A stretch of DNA of 64,000 nucleotides from Eledone cirrhosa (taxonomy: Eukaryota): assembly GCA_964016885.1 (NCBI GenBank), contig OZ024740.1, positions 419,430,001-419,494,000 of the forward strand. The letters run 5' to 3'. Shown here piece by piece: positions 12,676-26,200 of this stretch. The notes under the pieces were generated by a model that made no database searches, was not told where the DNA came from, and saw only the letters and a list, made by a program, of their open reading frames with translations. Every line of letters begins with the position of its first letter. Positions within the stretch are counted from its first letter, which is position 1. The position numbers were made by a program, and so were the translations under genes.

Positions 12676-15600
12676 TTATTAATAACATCATTGTTTCTGT
12701 CCAGGGACGATGTTGAAAAATAAACCTCATTTGGTCAATCCATGAGAGTATCTTGGTCAGCCTATGAACTTTGCAGCATATGTACTTTTCAGCTGACCTC
12801 ATATACCTTGTCATAGTTAATTATACTATTCATAATTGATTTATTTCAATCCAATCTATCTCTGTTCTTATCTAACCCCCAACAAATTGTATTGAACTTT
12901 TTCTTTTACTGTCTTATCCTCTGACATTACTAACTTCCTCTGTTGTTTCTTGTGTATTATGTTGTATACCTTTTATTCAACAAGACAATCTTATGCTATT
13001 ATCATCATCATCGTCGTCATTTAACGTCCATTTTCCACATTTGCATGGGTTAGACAGGTCATATTATGAGACAAGTCAGGTCCAGAGACCACATTTTGCT
13101 CATATGGATCTGTATTTCAGCTTAGTTTCTACGACAGATGGTGGGGATGCAAAGGATAGTTGCAGGCTAATAGTGTCTCTCCTGCAGGTTTTCTTCACCT
13201 CCTCTCATGCTATCAATAGCTCTATCCCTTTCTCTGAACTAATTACTTTAGCTGGTTGAGTATATCTACAGATTCAAGTAATCACTTGATATTCTGGCAG
13301 CATGTGAATTATTTAAGAGCTAGCAAAGGAGCCTCTACATAGTCACTCTACCTGCTAGAAATAGCAGCCCCCCCTCAAATCTTACCTTTTTGTCTTTAAG
13401 AAATGGTATGTTTTTACAGCTGGGTGCCCTTCCTGACACCAACCACTTCATAAAGTGTATTTGGTGCATTTTATTAGGAGGTTGTTATATCTTGACACAC
13501 CTGAATGGTTTTCTCAACCTTGTTTTTTCTTTTTCTTTTGGCCTGTTTTCTATGACTAGATGCCCTTTCGAACACCAACCACTTTATAGAGTGTACTGGA
13601 TGCATTTTATAATGACAAACATAACTAGGGAGCTTGTCAGCCATCTACTTAATTGAAGTGCCCTTTCTACCCTTTGGGGAGAGAATGTTTTGTTTTAAGG
13701 CAGCAGCAGTTTTTCAGGTGTAGGAATAAGAGGGGGTAATATGAATGACAAGTATGTCACAGATGTATGACAAGTGTAGTGGGATTTAACAGGATGATGT
13801 GAAGGAGAAGGGTGGTGGGAGTAATATATGTAATTAAGAAATAATTATTACATCATTAAATTTCCCTTCAAATTTCAATTTTATATTATAACAGATATCC
13901 TCATCTTTATTTTCACATAGTAGCATGGGTTAAATAGGTCTATAAATATAGCAAATTGCCATTTATTTCAATCTGCGTGGTATTCATTTCAGCTCTCTGT
14001 TCTCTGAGTTCAAATCCCACTGAGGTCAACTTTGCCTTTCATCTGTTCAAGGTTGATAAAAAAAGTACCAGTTAAGTACTGGGGTCAATTCTTCCTCTAT
14101 ATCTCTTTCTCATTTCCATTCTCTCACTTTTTCTCTATCCTTCTCTGGAAGAAATCTACTGTATTCAGACCTGGAGAGGAGATGGTCACTGCCAGATTTA
14201 AAGATGACCTAGAAACGCTGTATGTCAATATGGTACCTCTATGACTCCATTAGGAGTTACAGGATCGTGCATGCATTTGTCATAGCAAAATAATGCCTTA
14301 CATTGGCTGGTCAAGGGAAATAACTGAAATCAAAAATGCTGGCTCAATTACCTCAAATAGGTTAATGTGAGGCAAATATTTAACCCTTTAATGTTCAAAC
14401 TGGCCAGAATTCTCTACCTTTTTCTGTTGAAACTGGCTGTAACTGATCACTCAAACTGATGCTAAGGTATTGTTCTCAAAATAAATACTTTCAAAATCTC
14501 ATAGATTCGATATTATGTGAGATTATTATGTGAGATAAAGCATTTACCATGAAAATATAATAGTATATATAGAGTAATGTGAATGCTAAATGGTTAAGTT
14601 CTATGTTGAAAAGAGCAATGTTTACCTGATAGTGTTGACATATTGAAATTGAGAGGTGGATAGATTAATGTCACACAGATTGTTATAAAAGATATCACCT
14701 TTTCATTTCTATAATTATTCCTTATTTAGGCATGGAAGATAAACTTATAAAGAAAGAATGCAAGATTTTTCACTTAATATATGAATCTATTTTCAATGTA
14801 CAATGAGAATTATATTCTAAATCATAAGTTAAGGGTTGAAACACTTGCTTCAGGCGGAGTTTCTTCTCTGAAGACCTTCTGATGTCCAGCTCTCCCGAGA
14901 TTTTCTTCTCTGAAGACCTTCCAATGTCCAGCTCTCCTGAGAGTTTCGTACCAATTAAAATTCAGTACTTTAATGTATCAGTTTCAGATAAATATTTTGT
15001 GTTAAAACATAAAATATCAAAAATTAGTCTTGTCATGGAAGACATTGCTGATGAAGAATAAATAATGAAAATATTTCCTTCTGTAAAATCAAGTCAATTT
15101 GTAGTGAAACAGAAATGATCTCTAATGGAAAAACGAAATCTTCATTAAAGTTTAGTGTTATAAATTTATAGATTTTTATAAAAATTAGCGATGTTTCCAT
15201 GAATAAAATAGAGAAAATTAAAACATTGAGAGGAGAAATAAGAGAGGTTATTTGGCAACTTATATAACTATGAATTAGAAGTGAATTTTCTTTTTTTATA
15301 TGACTTATCTTTTATTACAGCTTAGTTGTAAATAGATAATGGACAATAAGGTTTCACCTTTGTAAATCAAATTCATCCAGTACATCTGCTGCAACCAATT
15401 GAGTATTATTCTATTCAGTGATTCTGTATTGATAAAAATGATTCTTTTCTTGTATGTTATAGTATATTCTATTGTTACTAAGGTCAAAATTGAAGAGTTT
15501 CACAACAAATGAATAGCTTATAAATTTCTTCTTCACCATAATTGAAGTGTCATAAGATACAATTTCTTGTCTCTCTCTCCTCATCACATAGAAAACACTT

Positions 15601-16724
15601 CTGCTCACCTTGAGATTTTGTCATACCTTATTACATTTCCTGTAATTTCAACTTGCCATTTTCTAGAGGAAGTGGTTATGAGAAGGAAATGTAATTGCCC
15701 TTAGCCCAATCAAGTTTTAGAATAAAGAATTTAAAGATGTCCTATCTAATAGAGGTTAATAGATTAAAATGAAATAGTTATGAGGAATGGGTTCAGTAAT
15801 CTTTCAAATGAGATAGAATGAAATAAAAGAATTACTTGGGATCTGACTTACAAAAGCTATTAATTTACATTTATTTTTACATGAAATTGAATCTAAATAT
15901 GAAAATATAAAGAACTATTTATATTTCTAATATATTGTAACCAGATAATAAAGGTATCTTTACCATGGTACATACGTAGTGTGGGAAGATAGACATTAAA
16001 CAGTTATACGACGACGAGTTGTCCTGCCGCAAGTTTGGATGTCCATAAAAATTCACTGATACCCTCGAAAATTTTAAAATATAACAGGAAGCCAAACATA
16101 TTTTAGAATAAGAATAAAAAATGGTCCTATAATTGTAACATCTGTTTAAAAATAATGTTTTAGTTATGATAAATCTCGGGTCACCATATAGAGAGACTCG
16201 TTTGTTCAATTCCTGAGTCTGATTACAGATGTCATAAAGGTTAAAAGATTTGGTCTGATAGATCACATATGGTAAAGAGATCAAGTAGAGGCATTACACC
16301 AGTTATTGCCATGGGAAGCCACATAGGGTAGAACAACAAGAAGTTGGCCTCATGCTACGTTTCTGGAGTGAGTTTGTAAAGATATGAATCTTAGAAAGAA
16401 TGAACTCTCATAAGTCATGTTGGATAGGGACAAGTGGAGAAATATAATTATCAACACTGCCCGAGGAAACTTGGCATGGTGATGGTGATAGGATAAGTAT
16501 CTGGTGAATAATCTGGATATATTGACTAAAATGCATCTCTAATGATTTGTAGTGTTGTTAAGATGTAATAAAACGACATAAGAGCAGGTATTTCAAGAAT
16601 AATATAATCATATTAAGATAATAGAAGGTTAGATTGAGGGAACTAAGAAATTTAATCCAGTTAGCCTATCATCATCATCATTTTACGTCCGCTTTGTTTT
16701 TTATCACCAGCCCTGTATATATAT

Positions 16725-17008
16725 GGAGGCGTGTGGCCTAGTGGTAAGGTGTTGGACTTACGATCATAATGTTGTGGGTTTGAATCCTGGACTGGGTTGT
16801 GTGTTGTGTTCTTGAGCAAAACACTTCATTTCACATTGCTCCAGTATATTCAGCTGAAAATGAGTACCAGAAGTGGCTGGGGGTTTAACCCTGTGATGGA
16901 TAGGCATTCTGTCCTGGGGGGACTCTTGTATTTTCAGTCACATGCAATAGAAACCGGGATAAGCACCGGTCTGATAAGCCTCTGGGCTTGAGACAGACTT
17001 AAACTTTT
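16725..17008 (+). mobile_element. tRNA-headed SINE family C
   Basis: ggaggcgtgtggcctagtggtaagg (A box)...ggtttgaatcc (B box), then gtgttcttgagcaaaacacttcatttcacattgctccag. Relatives at ~6100-6360, 24808-25135 (-), 33275-33525 (-), 43325-43645 (-), 57695-57825 (-). Confidence 0.85.
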
Positions 17009-17394
17009 AATGTGTATACAGGGCAGGATTAGAGGCAGACTTAGCAAGCTGCATATCATAGAATGAAATGTTAGTTTAATACAGCTGGATATCCTTCTTA
17101 TTGTGACCTGCTCAAACTATGAACCATGAGTAGTAGCTGTTTGAATGAGGGGAAACTGAGGCAAGCAATATAATGATTTGTCTAGAAACCCAATGTAATC
17201 TCTTTAACAAGGTTTGATGCCATACAAGTAGTTAGGAGTGCAGGAAGATAATCAGTAATGCAACTCTTTAATCTGTCTCATTGCTTCTGAACTTCTATAG
17301 TGATGCTTTATCATGCTGAGAAATGTGACGATTGTTTAATATAAAGTGAACTGTGATTGTTTATTAGTATCACAACAGGTTTTATTTGTTTCAG

Positions 17395-17421
17395 ATTAAA
17401 ACAGGAAAAAGCTGCTTCAAG
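17395..17421 (+). CDS. Candidate 27-nt frame-preserving microexon of an unidentified host gene
   Basis: ttttatttgtttcAG|attaaaacaggaaaaagctgcttcaag|GTAAGA: strong acceptor and donor, length divisible by 3, open in two frames (LKQEKAAS or IKTGKSCFK). Confidence 0.45.
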
Positions 17422-17924
17422 GTAAGATAGCAGTCATTTATGAACAGTTGAGAGATAATTATATCAAGTATTGCTAATCAGTATTCATGAGTATAATTAT
17501 ACAAAAGCCAAATTTCTAGCTTGTGTAATTTGGGCTTATACCAAGTAATATAATAATTCCAGTGCACATATTTCTATACTAACTCAATTGTTTATGTTGA
17601 TAAGGCAAATAATATTGAAATTCACTACATCATTTATAGTTGTTGTTTTTATTCATAAAGCTATATCTGTATATTTTTCAAATTTAATTCATAATCTTCC
17701 TGACTTCTGATTTATCTACTAGAAAACCTAAAAGTATATTGTAAAATACTTTCATTATGAGATGTTTTAGTAGATTACTTGCTTAAATATCTTTGGAGTT
17801 AGCTCTTTTTATACTAAATGTTATTCCTTGATACACAAATTGCTTAAGAAATCTTCCAAACAATATAAATCATATTTTGTTCAGCTTGTGAACTTAGATT
17901 ATTTCTAAAGATTTTTTTAAAGAA

Positions 17925-18240
17925 TATGCGAAGCTCAGAGGGTCACTCCAGGTAGAACCGCTACTTCTCCAAATTAAGATACACCTCTGGTACTATGGGC
18001 ATGTGGTTAGAATGTCTCAGGAAAGAATCGCTGGGCAGATTTTATGAGCAAAAGCAATTGGCAGGAGATCCAGAGGTTGACCCTGAGCAATATGGTTAGA
18101 TAATATCCATGAGCTTGGCTGGTCTCACTTGGGGATCCAGCCGGATCAGTTGGAGACAGTTGCTTCTGACAGGACCCGCTGGAAGGAGTGTTTGAGGACT
18201 CTTCCCCCATGACCAACTCAGGAATAAGTAGATGAAGAAG
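17925..18240 (+). mobile_element. 3' fragment of a second RTE family
   Basis: Decayed peptide YYGHVVRMSQERIA...WLDNIHELGWSHLGIQPDQLETVASDR. Confidence 0.7.
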
Positions 18241-20162
18241 ATATACACTTGTGCTAATTATACCATTTTTAATGGGTTGGGTCATTTGATCAATTCTGAA
18301 GACTTTTTTTTTTGTTTGTTTCATTTAATGGAGAATACACAGGAGTTGTTTTATAAAGCCTGTTTCAGACTCTTATGTCAGAACCATAAGATGTTTAAAT
18401 TCAGTGCTGCAACTAATGAAGTGTATAAATGTTTAGATGGTATATATAGTTGTCAGCATTATTAACCCTTTCGTCTAAAGACTCCACTATACTCCTGCTC
18501 TAACAAAATACTTATTTCTACAGTGAAGTATCTTGTACCATTTTTTAATACATGTAAGATATCTGAGTTACTGAAAATTACTAGGGACACCACACAAGGT
18601 AGGTGATGAAGTACAAGATGTTAATCCTTCAGCCATTTTGTGATCATATTTCTAATGAAAATACAATCTATTTCAATATTTTAATGAAGAATTTTGAGGG
18701 ATTTTCTAAAATAATTATTTCATTACTAAGATAGTAACTTAACATATGAGTCATATAAAATCACATTGGAAAATTTTATTTTAAATAAGAACCTTTTAAA
18801 ATGTGTGGTTTTATTTCAAAGAACCAGGTGTGGTTTTGGATGGGTTAGTATCAAAAGGTTAATAGCAACATTCCGTGTTTTCAGACCAATTTAAGAGTGG
18901 TTTTCTAAGATTATCAACTTTTATAAATATCTATTTGTAGAATTAACATATTGAATACTAATGATATTTGTTTCCGTCATCAAATGTTTACAATTCAATG
19001 ACCTTTATAAAGTGAAATAAAAATAAAAAAAAGTGTAAAGGAAATCAAATCCCTCCTAATCAATATAGATATATACTCAAATATCTGCCAAAGAATATAT
19101 GACCAAATAATGGAAAGGAGAATTATATTCAGGGTCAATATTTTGACAATTTTCACCAACTTCAAATTCTACATAAATAAGGGTTAGATTTGTGCTCATT
19201 TCTCAGTCATAAAATAGTGGGGTCAGCTGATATCAGGTGAAGCTCACACATGTAGCTGGCCAATTTCACCCCAATAGTGAGTATGGATGTGGCCCAAGAT
19301 CACCAGAAGTCTCAATTGTTACAGGTTTGATGACAAACCTATTAGAGAAAAGCTGATATAGCATGGAAAATGGACGTTAAATGATGATGATGATGATGAT
19401 TTTTGGTTTTTGGGGCAACAAAGCCTGTTGAATACACCAGGTTGTCGCTAGAGAAGGTATCACTGCATGTTGGATCCCAGATTAGGGGCTTACCCCCATA
19501 GAATGGGATGAATGTGATGTCATCTGGTATTATGTTCTAAATCAGCAGCCTTTTTTATACTGACTTGCTCAGATCCCCTTTAATTCTATGTCACAAATTC
19601 TCTCATTTTAAAGTATTCATATTTCAGTTAAAACTTTGCATCATAATTATATTTAAGAACCTTTTAAGTTATTTTCCAAACACTAGCTTTATAAGAAATA
19701 AATTAACTTTATTACTATTGCCTTTCAAATTTTCTATTATTTTCAAAATTAACTAAAACATATAGACAGTGTATTTTATTAGAAATATAGACATGAAAGG
19801 GTTAATAAAGCAACAGACTTAATCAATTCATCTGATATGTAAACTTTCACATCCAATACTGTTAGAAATGTTGCAATGTTGCAACACTAAAATAAGCTGT
19901 TAGTATACATATTTGTATAAATATTCATTTATGTTTTACAATGTATTGACCGTTATAAACAAAGATTCTTTATTTCGTTTTGTTATTAACATAAAAACAT
20001 TATACTAAATAGATATAAATAATAAAACTATAAAAGTTATGATATGAAAAACAGTTTTAAAAACTTTCTAAAATGGAATAATTTACATATATATCTTTGG
20101 TTTCTGCTTTTTTCCAACTATTTCCATTTCTATTCTGTTTAAATGCTTTAAATTATTCACAT

Positions 20163-20378
20163 ATCATCATCATCATTTTGATGTCTGCTTCCCCTGCGTA
20201 CATCTTCTTTGCCCAGTGAATCCTGTCAGAGGCAGTTGTTTCCAATTGATCTAGCTGGATTCCCAAGTGAGACCAGCCGAGCTCATGGATGTTATCTAAC
20301 TATCTTCCTCAAGGTCTACCCCTGGGTTTCCTACCAGTTGGTTTTGCCCCTAAAATCTGTCCAGCAATTCTTTCCTAA
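20163..20378 (-). mobile_element. 3' fragment of the same second RTE family
   Basis: Diverged reverse complement of 18020-18240, with a (GAT)n tail. Confidence 0.7.
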
Positions 20379-21351
20379 TTTGTGTGAAAATATTTTTTCT
20401 GCTCATACATCTACAAAGAGTTCAATTTAACTGATAACAGTATAACCAACTAACCAAAACAGACATTCCAGCTCATTTTTTATTTTAAACCCTTCTATGA
20501 CCGCATTTATAACGAAATATGCTCCTTTTCAATTAATTGATGCAGTATTTTGAAGGGTTTACTCAAATGATTAATTATTTTGTTCCTAATATATTAACTT
20601 GAAATATGTTTCTTGTATAATATCATGCTGGAAGATATAAGTTTATTGAGGAATCATTTGAAATGGGTGGTTTTCTTTCATAGAACCAGAGTTAGTTTTG
20701 GCTGGATTGGTATCAAAAGGGTTAAAGTAATTTCAAATATAATCTTTAGATATTTAAACCTTATGTTGCAATATTTATTGAATGAAATAAAGCTATATTT
20801 CAAATTTAGAATGATGAACAGATATGAGTATTTCAAACAAAAAAAATGCTTTTCTAGTTCATTCACAAATTGCTAGTTTTAGTTTATGCATATAATTATT
20901 TTGTTATGATATATAAAACAGTTGACAAAGACAACATAGAGTAGAGAGGACTCACCAGCCATGTTGAGGACCTGACAACCTCTCTAGTGCTGGTGCTATG
21001 GTAAAATACACCCAGTATATACTCTGTAAATGTTGGCTCTACACATGATAATGCTTCTGGGATCGTTGGCTTAAGATGATCCCGGCCTCGCCGAGAAAGA
21101 GCAAGAAAAAGGAAGAAGATACTCTGTAGAAGGGGTTGGTATTAGAAATGTCCAGCTAAAGAAACTATGCAAAAGATTAGAACACATGTGTAATATGTCC
21201 TCCAACCTGTCAAGGAGAGCAATAACTCTGAAGAGGAACCAACTCATACCTGTCCATCCCATGCCAGCATGTAAAACCGGCCTAAAATGGTGATAATGAT
21301 GAATCGCATGGCATCCTAAATGACAGTGAAATATATTGAGGGCTAGCTTAA

Positions 21352-21579
21352 CCCTTTCATGACAGCATTTCTAAGGAAATACACTATATTTTGATCAATT
21401 AATGAAGAATTTTGCAGGGTTTACTAAAATTAATTATTTCATTACTAAGATAGTAACTTAATATAAGGTTCTTATATAAAATTATGTTGGAAGATTTTAA
21501 TTTAAATTGAAACCTTTAGAATGGGTGACTTTATTTCATAGAACCAGAATCTGTTTTGGCTGGATTGGTAACAAAAGGG
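21352..21579. mobile_element. MITE family 2 copy
   Basis: ttaa|ccctttcatgac...ggtaacaaaaggg|ttaa, a diverged reverse complement of 1973-2202. Confidence 0.75.
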
Positions 21580-22104
21580 TTAAAGAAATATAAGACTGAA
21601 TCGGAAACAGCTTGAAACAATCACCTGTGTGTGTGTATTATAAGGATTTTCAGCCCTATGGTTAAGCTTTTACCTGTAAAATTACCTGGTTCAACTCCCT
21701 CCCCATACACAATTCTGAAGTCACCACACCAGTAGGTAATATCTTCTCTACACTACTTATATACCCCCCCCTCCCCCCGCCCAACTGCAACAGTGTTATA
21801 AGATTTGGCTTTCAAAATGCTAAAAGCTTAACTGTAGGGCAGGAACTCTCTATAATATTTACACTCGACATTCTTTAAGCCTGGAATACTAAGTTGAATA
21901 ATGGTCTTACTAATCTTAACTAGTAACATCTTACCTCACACACGAGGTTGGTGTTAGGAAGGGCATCCAGCTGTAAAAACCAAGCCAAAATCATTTCTGT
22001 ATGAGCAAGACATGGTCCCCTGACCTGACATTGCCACAACAGGACAACTCATCTAACCCATGCTAGTGTGAAAGAATGGATGTAAAACGGTGATGATATA
22101 TATT

Positions 22105-22890
22105 ATCATCTTCGATTAACGTCTATCTTCCACGCTAGCATGGGTTAGACAGGTTTGTCCCATTTAGAGGCAAGTTTGGTCTCACTCTTATAGGAGTGTT
22201 TCTGGATAGTTTTCAACAACTGGATGCCTTTCCTAATGCCAACCATATTGACAGTGTGTGCTGGGTGCGTTTTGCCGTGTCTTTTACATGTCCACTTTAC
22301 AGTGTGGACTGGGTGCTTTTTGTCATGGCACGTACACGACCACTTTACAGTGTGGACTGGGTGCTTTTTGTCATGACACCTACACGACCACTTTACAGTG
22401 TGGACTGGGTGCTTTTTGTCATGGCACGTACACGACCACTTTACAGTGTGGACTGGGTGCTTTTTGTCATGACACCTACACGACCACTTTACAGTGTGGG
22501 CTGAGTGCTTTTGGGGCTGGTTTGATGATATCATCATCATCATCACTGTTTTACATCCATTCTTCCATGCTAGCATGGGTTAGACGGGTTGTCTTGTTGT
22601 GGGCAGTGCCCGGTCGGCTGATCTTGTCATGCTCATACGGGAACTGATTTTGGCTTTATTTCTACAGTTGGATGCCCTTCCTAACACCAACCTCACTTAC
22701 AGTGAGTGCTGGGTGCTTTTTTTCCATGGCGCCTACATGTCCACTTTACAGTGTGGGCTAGGTGCTTTTTTGCAGTGGGAGGAGGTGGACGCATATTGTC
22801 TATATGCTTCAGCTTCGACTTGTACCCATGGGAAGTAGAGTCTTCTGTATTACTGCGTGACACCAGAGGTCACAGTCTTGTGTCATTGCT
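22105..22890 (-). mobile_element. Two tandem 5'-truncated copies of the RTE 3' end
   Basis: Reverse-complement match to ~12000-12375. catcatcat tails at ~22105 and ~22530. Confidence 0.85.
22292..22500. repeat. 48-bp minisatellite expanded inside an RTE 3' UTR (~4.5-5 units)
   Basis: ccactttacagtgtggactgggtgctttttgtcatgRcacStacacga at 22292, 22340, 22388, 22436, 22484. Confidence 0.9.
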
Positions 22891-23076
22891 TTGATATAAA
22901 TATATATATATATTGTTATACTTTGGGAGGGTCATGTTGCCAATAAGAAACACACGCACCAGTTGCTTTCACTTCAATTTATTATATATTTATAAATTTA
23001 TAAATCTACAAACTTATAAATTATAAATTTCTGGTTGGTTGGTTGGTTCCACAACCAGATAGTTGTTTATATATAT

Positions 23077-23121
23077 AGTCATAGTCCTTTCGTCACACAC
23101 TCTGTGACCTCTTCAGTGACT
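23077..23121 (-). ncRNA. Minimal type I hammerhead ribozyme (mirror copy in the left palindrome arm)
   Basis: Exact reverse complement of 23226-23270. Confidence 0.75.
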
Positions 23122-23225
23122 GGGGATTTCTTCGTTTCTGTGCCTTTTCTTTCTTCTATCCTACGCCAGAAAAATGGCGTAGGATAGAAGAAAGAAAAGG
23201 CACAGAAACGAAGAAAGGAATCCCC

Positions 23226-23270
23226 AGTCACTGAAGAGGTCACAGAGTGTGTGACGAAAGGACTATGACT
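23226..23270 (+). ncRNA. Minimal type I hammerhead ribozyme
   Basis: AGUCA-CUGAAGA-G-GUCACA GAGUG UGUGAC-GAAA-G GA C-UA-UGACU. Stem I AGUCA/UGACU, 6-bp stem II, very short stem III, CUA cleavage triplet. Confidence 0.75.
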
Positions 23271-26200
23271 ATATATATAAACAACTATCTGGTTGTGGAA
23301 CCAACCAACCAACCAGAAATTTATAATTTATAAATATATAATAAATTGAAGTGAAAGCAACTGGTGCGTGTGTTTCTTATTGGCAACATGACCCTCCCAA
23401 AGTATAACAATATCGGTTTCAACACACGATTTCAGATAAAGAATCTTGCTAAACAAATTCAGAAACGAAATATATATATATATATATATATATATAGGAA
23501 ACATTATTTTTTAAAAAGCCCCAAAGCATATGTTTTTATTTTCTATACATGTCATGTGTGTAGTAAACAACAAAAACAAATCTTTTAACATCAAAAAGAA
23601 TAGTTTTCTACTTGACTGGTTTCACCTAAAATAACTTTTTGAAAGTTTTTTGTGCTTAATTTTCTTGGAAGCAAGGACAAACTAACATAACAATGGTGAT
23701 GTTATAGATATGATTTCATGTTCAAGGTTACAAACCTCAGTATATGAAAGAGAGTTTGTATAAATGGTGTTAATAATTCACAGACGTTAAACGATGATGA
23801 TATCAAATAACATATATGTCATATATCAAATGTAATATAGATTGTTGTTTTGGTATTTACATACTATATGTTAAAATTGCTATAAAATATGAGTCTAGTC
23901 TAAAGCTAGAATTGAACTACCCACTCCCCCATATAATTTATCTTTAGTATGGGCCATTTCTGTAACATCTGGACTACTAATGGTGTTATAAACATTGTTA
24001 TTTAAAGCTATATAATTCAGAATGTATATAGTTATTCTAAAACCATCATCATAAGAATGGCCTGAAGAATAGCTACTTTATAGATTTCATTACTCCTTAA
24101 AGCTTTTCCGATTGCAGAAACCTCATAAGTTTAAGGCCCAATTTGAAACAATTGACCTAATTGTCCCTGGATGTATTACAGTCATCTTATTGTTTAAAAT
24201 ATATCTAAATGCAAGCTGTCAGGTTTGGTAAATTTAAAACGCCATTTGCTTGTCACTTCAGAGTTTATTTAGGTGCCTAATTATGTCAATAAAGAGGGTA
24301 AGCAAAAACATAATTCATGGAATGGTTGGCTGTCTCCAACAAAAGGTTATAATTACATCAAAACAATGTACAAATCTTCTTATAATGTTGCTATTACTTA
24401 TCTCTTAAAATGCTATTTACCACTGTAAATATTGTCCATCTCAAAGCATGGCTGTGGAAAGAAATTTGTTTAACAACTTCATGGTTACAAGTTCAATCCC
24501 CCAGTCTTCGACAAAAGTCTTTTTACTGTAGCTCTGGCTTGGCCAATACCTTGTTATTGGAATTGGGTAGTTGTTAACTACACATATTCCTGTTTTGTAA
24601 ATATAAATATGTCTGTGTCCATATTTATGTTTAGAAGTGTAAAACTAATGTCAAAAAGTGTATCTTCACAATTTGATAAATTTACATTGATAAATTAAGT
24701 ATCACAGTAAAATGTGTACTAGGGTTGATATGATTGATTAGAAACTTTGAATGTAGTGCCCCAGTGTGGTTGCAGTTGAATGACTGAAACCAGTCAAACA
24801 ACTTTAGATCCCCTTCAGTCATGAATGACCATGGGATTTGCACCTGGAAAGTTCCCCTCTGAGGCACAGGTAGGGCAAGGTATTTTGTGGAAGACCAGCA
24901 GTCACCCATACCAGTCTCCCCTCTCCATGCCACTGATGTTGTCCAAGGGAAAGGCAATGGCCGATACAGGTTGGCACCAATGACGTCGCAACTCATTTCT
25001 ACAGTTGAGTGAACTGGAGCAACATGAAATAAAGTGTCTTGCTCAAGAACACAACGCACCACCTGGTCTGAGAATTAAACTCACAACCTTACGATTGTAA
25101 GTCCAATGTTCTAACCGCTAAGCCATATGACTTCATAGAGATTATATTCAAATATATAATACATACTTCCTAACTCTGCTAGACATTCTTTAAATTATCT
25201 GTGAATCAGAGAGGATAAGCAGCAAGATTCATTATTTTCACCAATTTATATTTATCACATAATTAAATTGTAAATTTGGAATTATTGTAGTTAGATAAGT
25301 GTTATATATTTGAATTATCTTTACAAAACTTTTGTTGTTTCCTCCCAAATGAATAGTACACCATCTGTTATAGAAAAAAATATTTTTCTTATAACAAACT
25401 CAATTCTTTAAATCTATTCATAGAAATATTTCATTTATCTTCCTTCTTCATAGTGGCATTGAGCAGTTTTAGTCAACCAAGATTCTCTCTCTTTTGCAGT
25501 ACTAAATCCTATTGTATCCTTGAATACAGTAGAGTACTGTCTTGCATTGATGGCTATTTTGTTAACACTTTTTGTTCATGTTCTATCATAGATTTATGTC
25601 TTTTATTCTGTTTACAATTTTCTTCATTTGATAAATTGATCTTCTGATATACTCATGGAGACTATCATTGACATGTTTCCCAAATTTAATCCTTTCATTA
25701 CCATATTTCTAATGAAATACACCACCTATGTTGGTTAATTCATTTTCTAAATAATCAATAGTTTGTAGGGATTTAGGATGATGATGATGATGATGAACTA
25801 ACCATATTATTAAACAGGTGTTTAGAATATAACTTAAAGTTATTCTTCCATAACATTATTTTATATTTAAATATGAATGGTTAGGTGTGTCATCTTAGAA
25901 TTGTTGTTTTGGGCATGTTGGTATCAAGGGGTTTAAATGGTTTTCAGTTTTTCAAAGCAATATTGTAACTGTCTCTTGCTATATTCAAGTTTACAAAACA
26001 TTTCTGTTGGTCTTGTACCTTAATATTATACTTTCAGTTGCTATACACGTTTTTTTTTTATGTTTTACAAAATATTTTAGAATAAATTGTGTATTACACA
26101 AAACAGAAATTGTTAAACAAATTCAATTTTGTAACGCTTGGAAGACTAAGATGATTAGACAAGTTTAGATTTTAAAACAGCTATACTGTCCTCAATGTAA

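Larger units (their letters stand above)
22910..23413. repeat. ~500-bp near-perfect palindrome (arms ~240-260 bp, 6-nt loop at 23169-23174), Penelope-like inverted pLTR / retrozyme-like element
   Basis: tattgttatactttgggaggg...ctacgcca-gaaaaa-tggcgtag...ccctcccaaagtataacaata. Arms differ mainly by one ~24-nt and one 4-nt indel. A single-copy tail (to ~23470) and (TA)n flanks. Confidence 0.95.

Noticed and set aside
14861-14945. Twice-repeated CTGAAGA motif
   Set aside because: A local ~43-bp tandem duplication with no GAAA or hammerhead stems.
15049-15080. CTGATGA...GAAA hammerhead-like spacing
   Set aside because: No stem II or stem I complementarity.
16725-16797. tRNA genes at SINE heads
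   Set aside because: A and B boxes are present but there is no intact cloverleaf, and each continues into a multi-copy SINE body.
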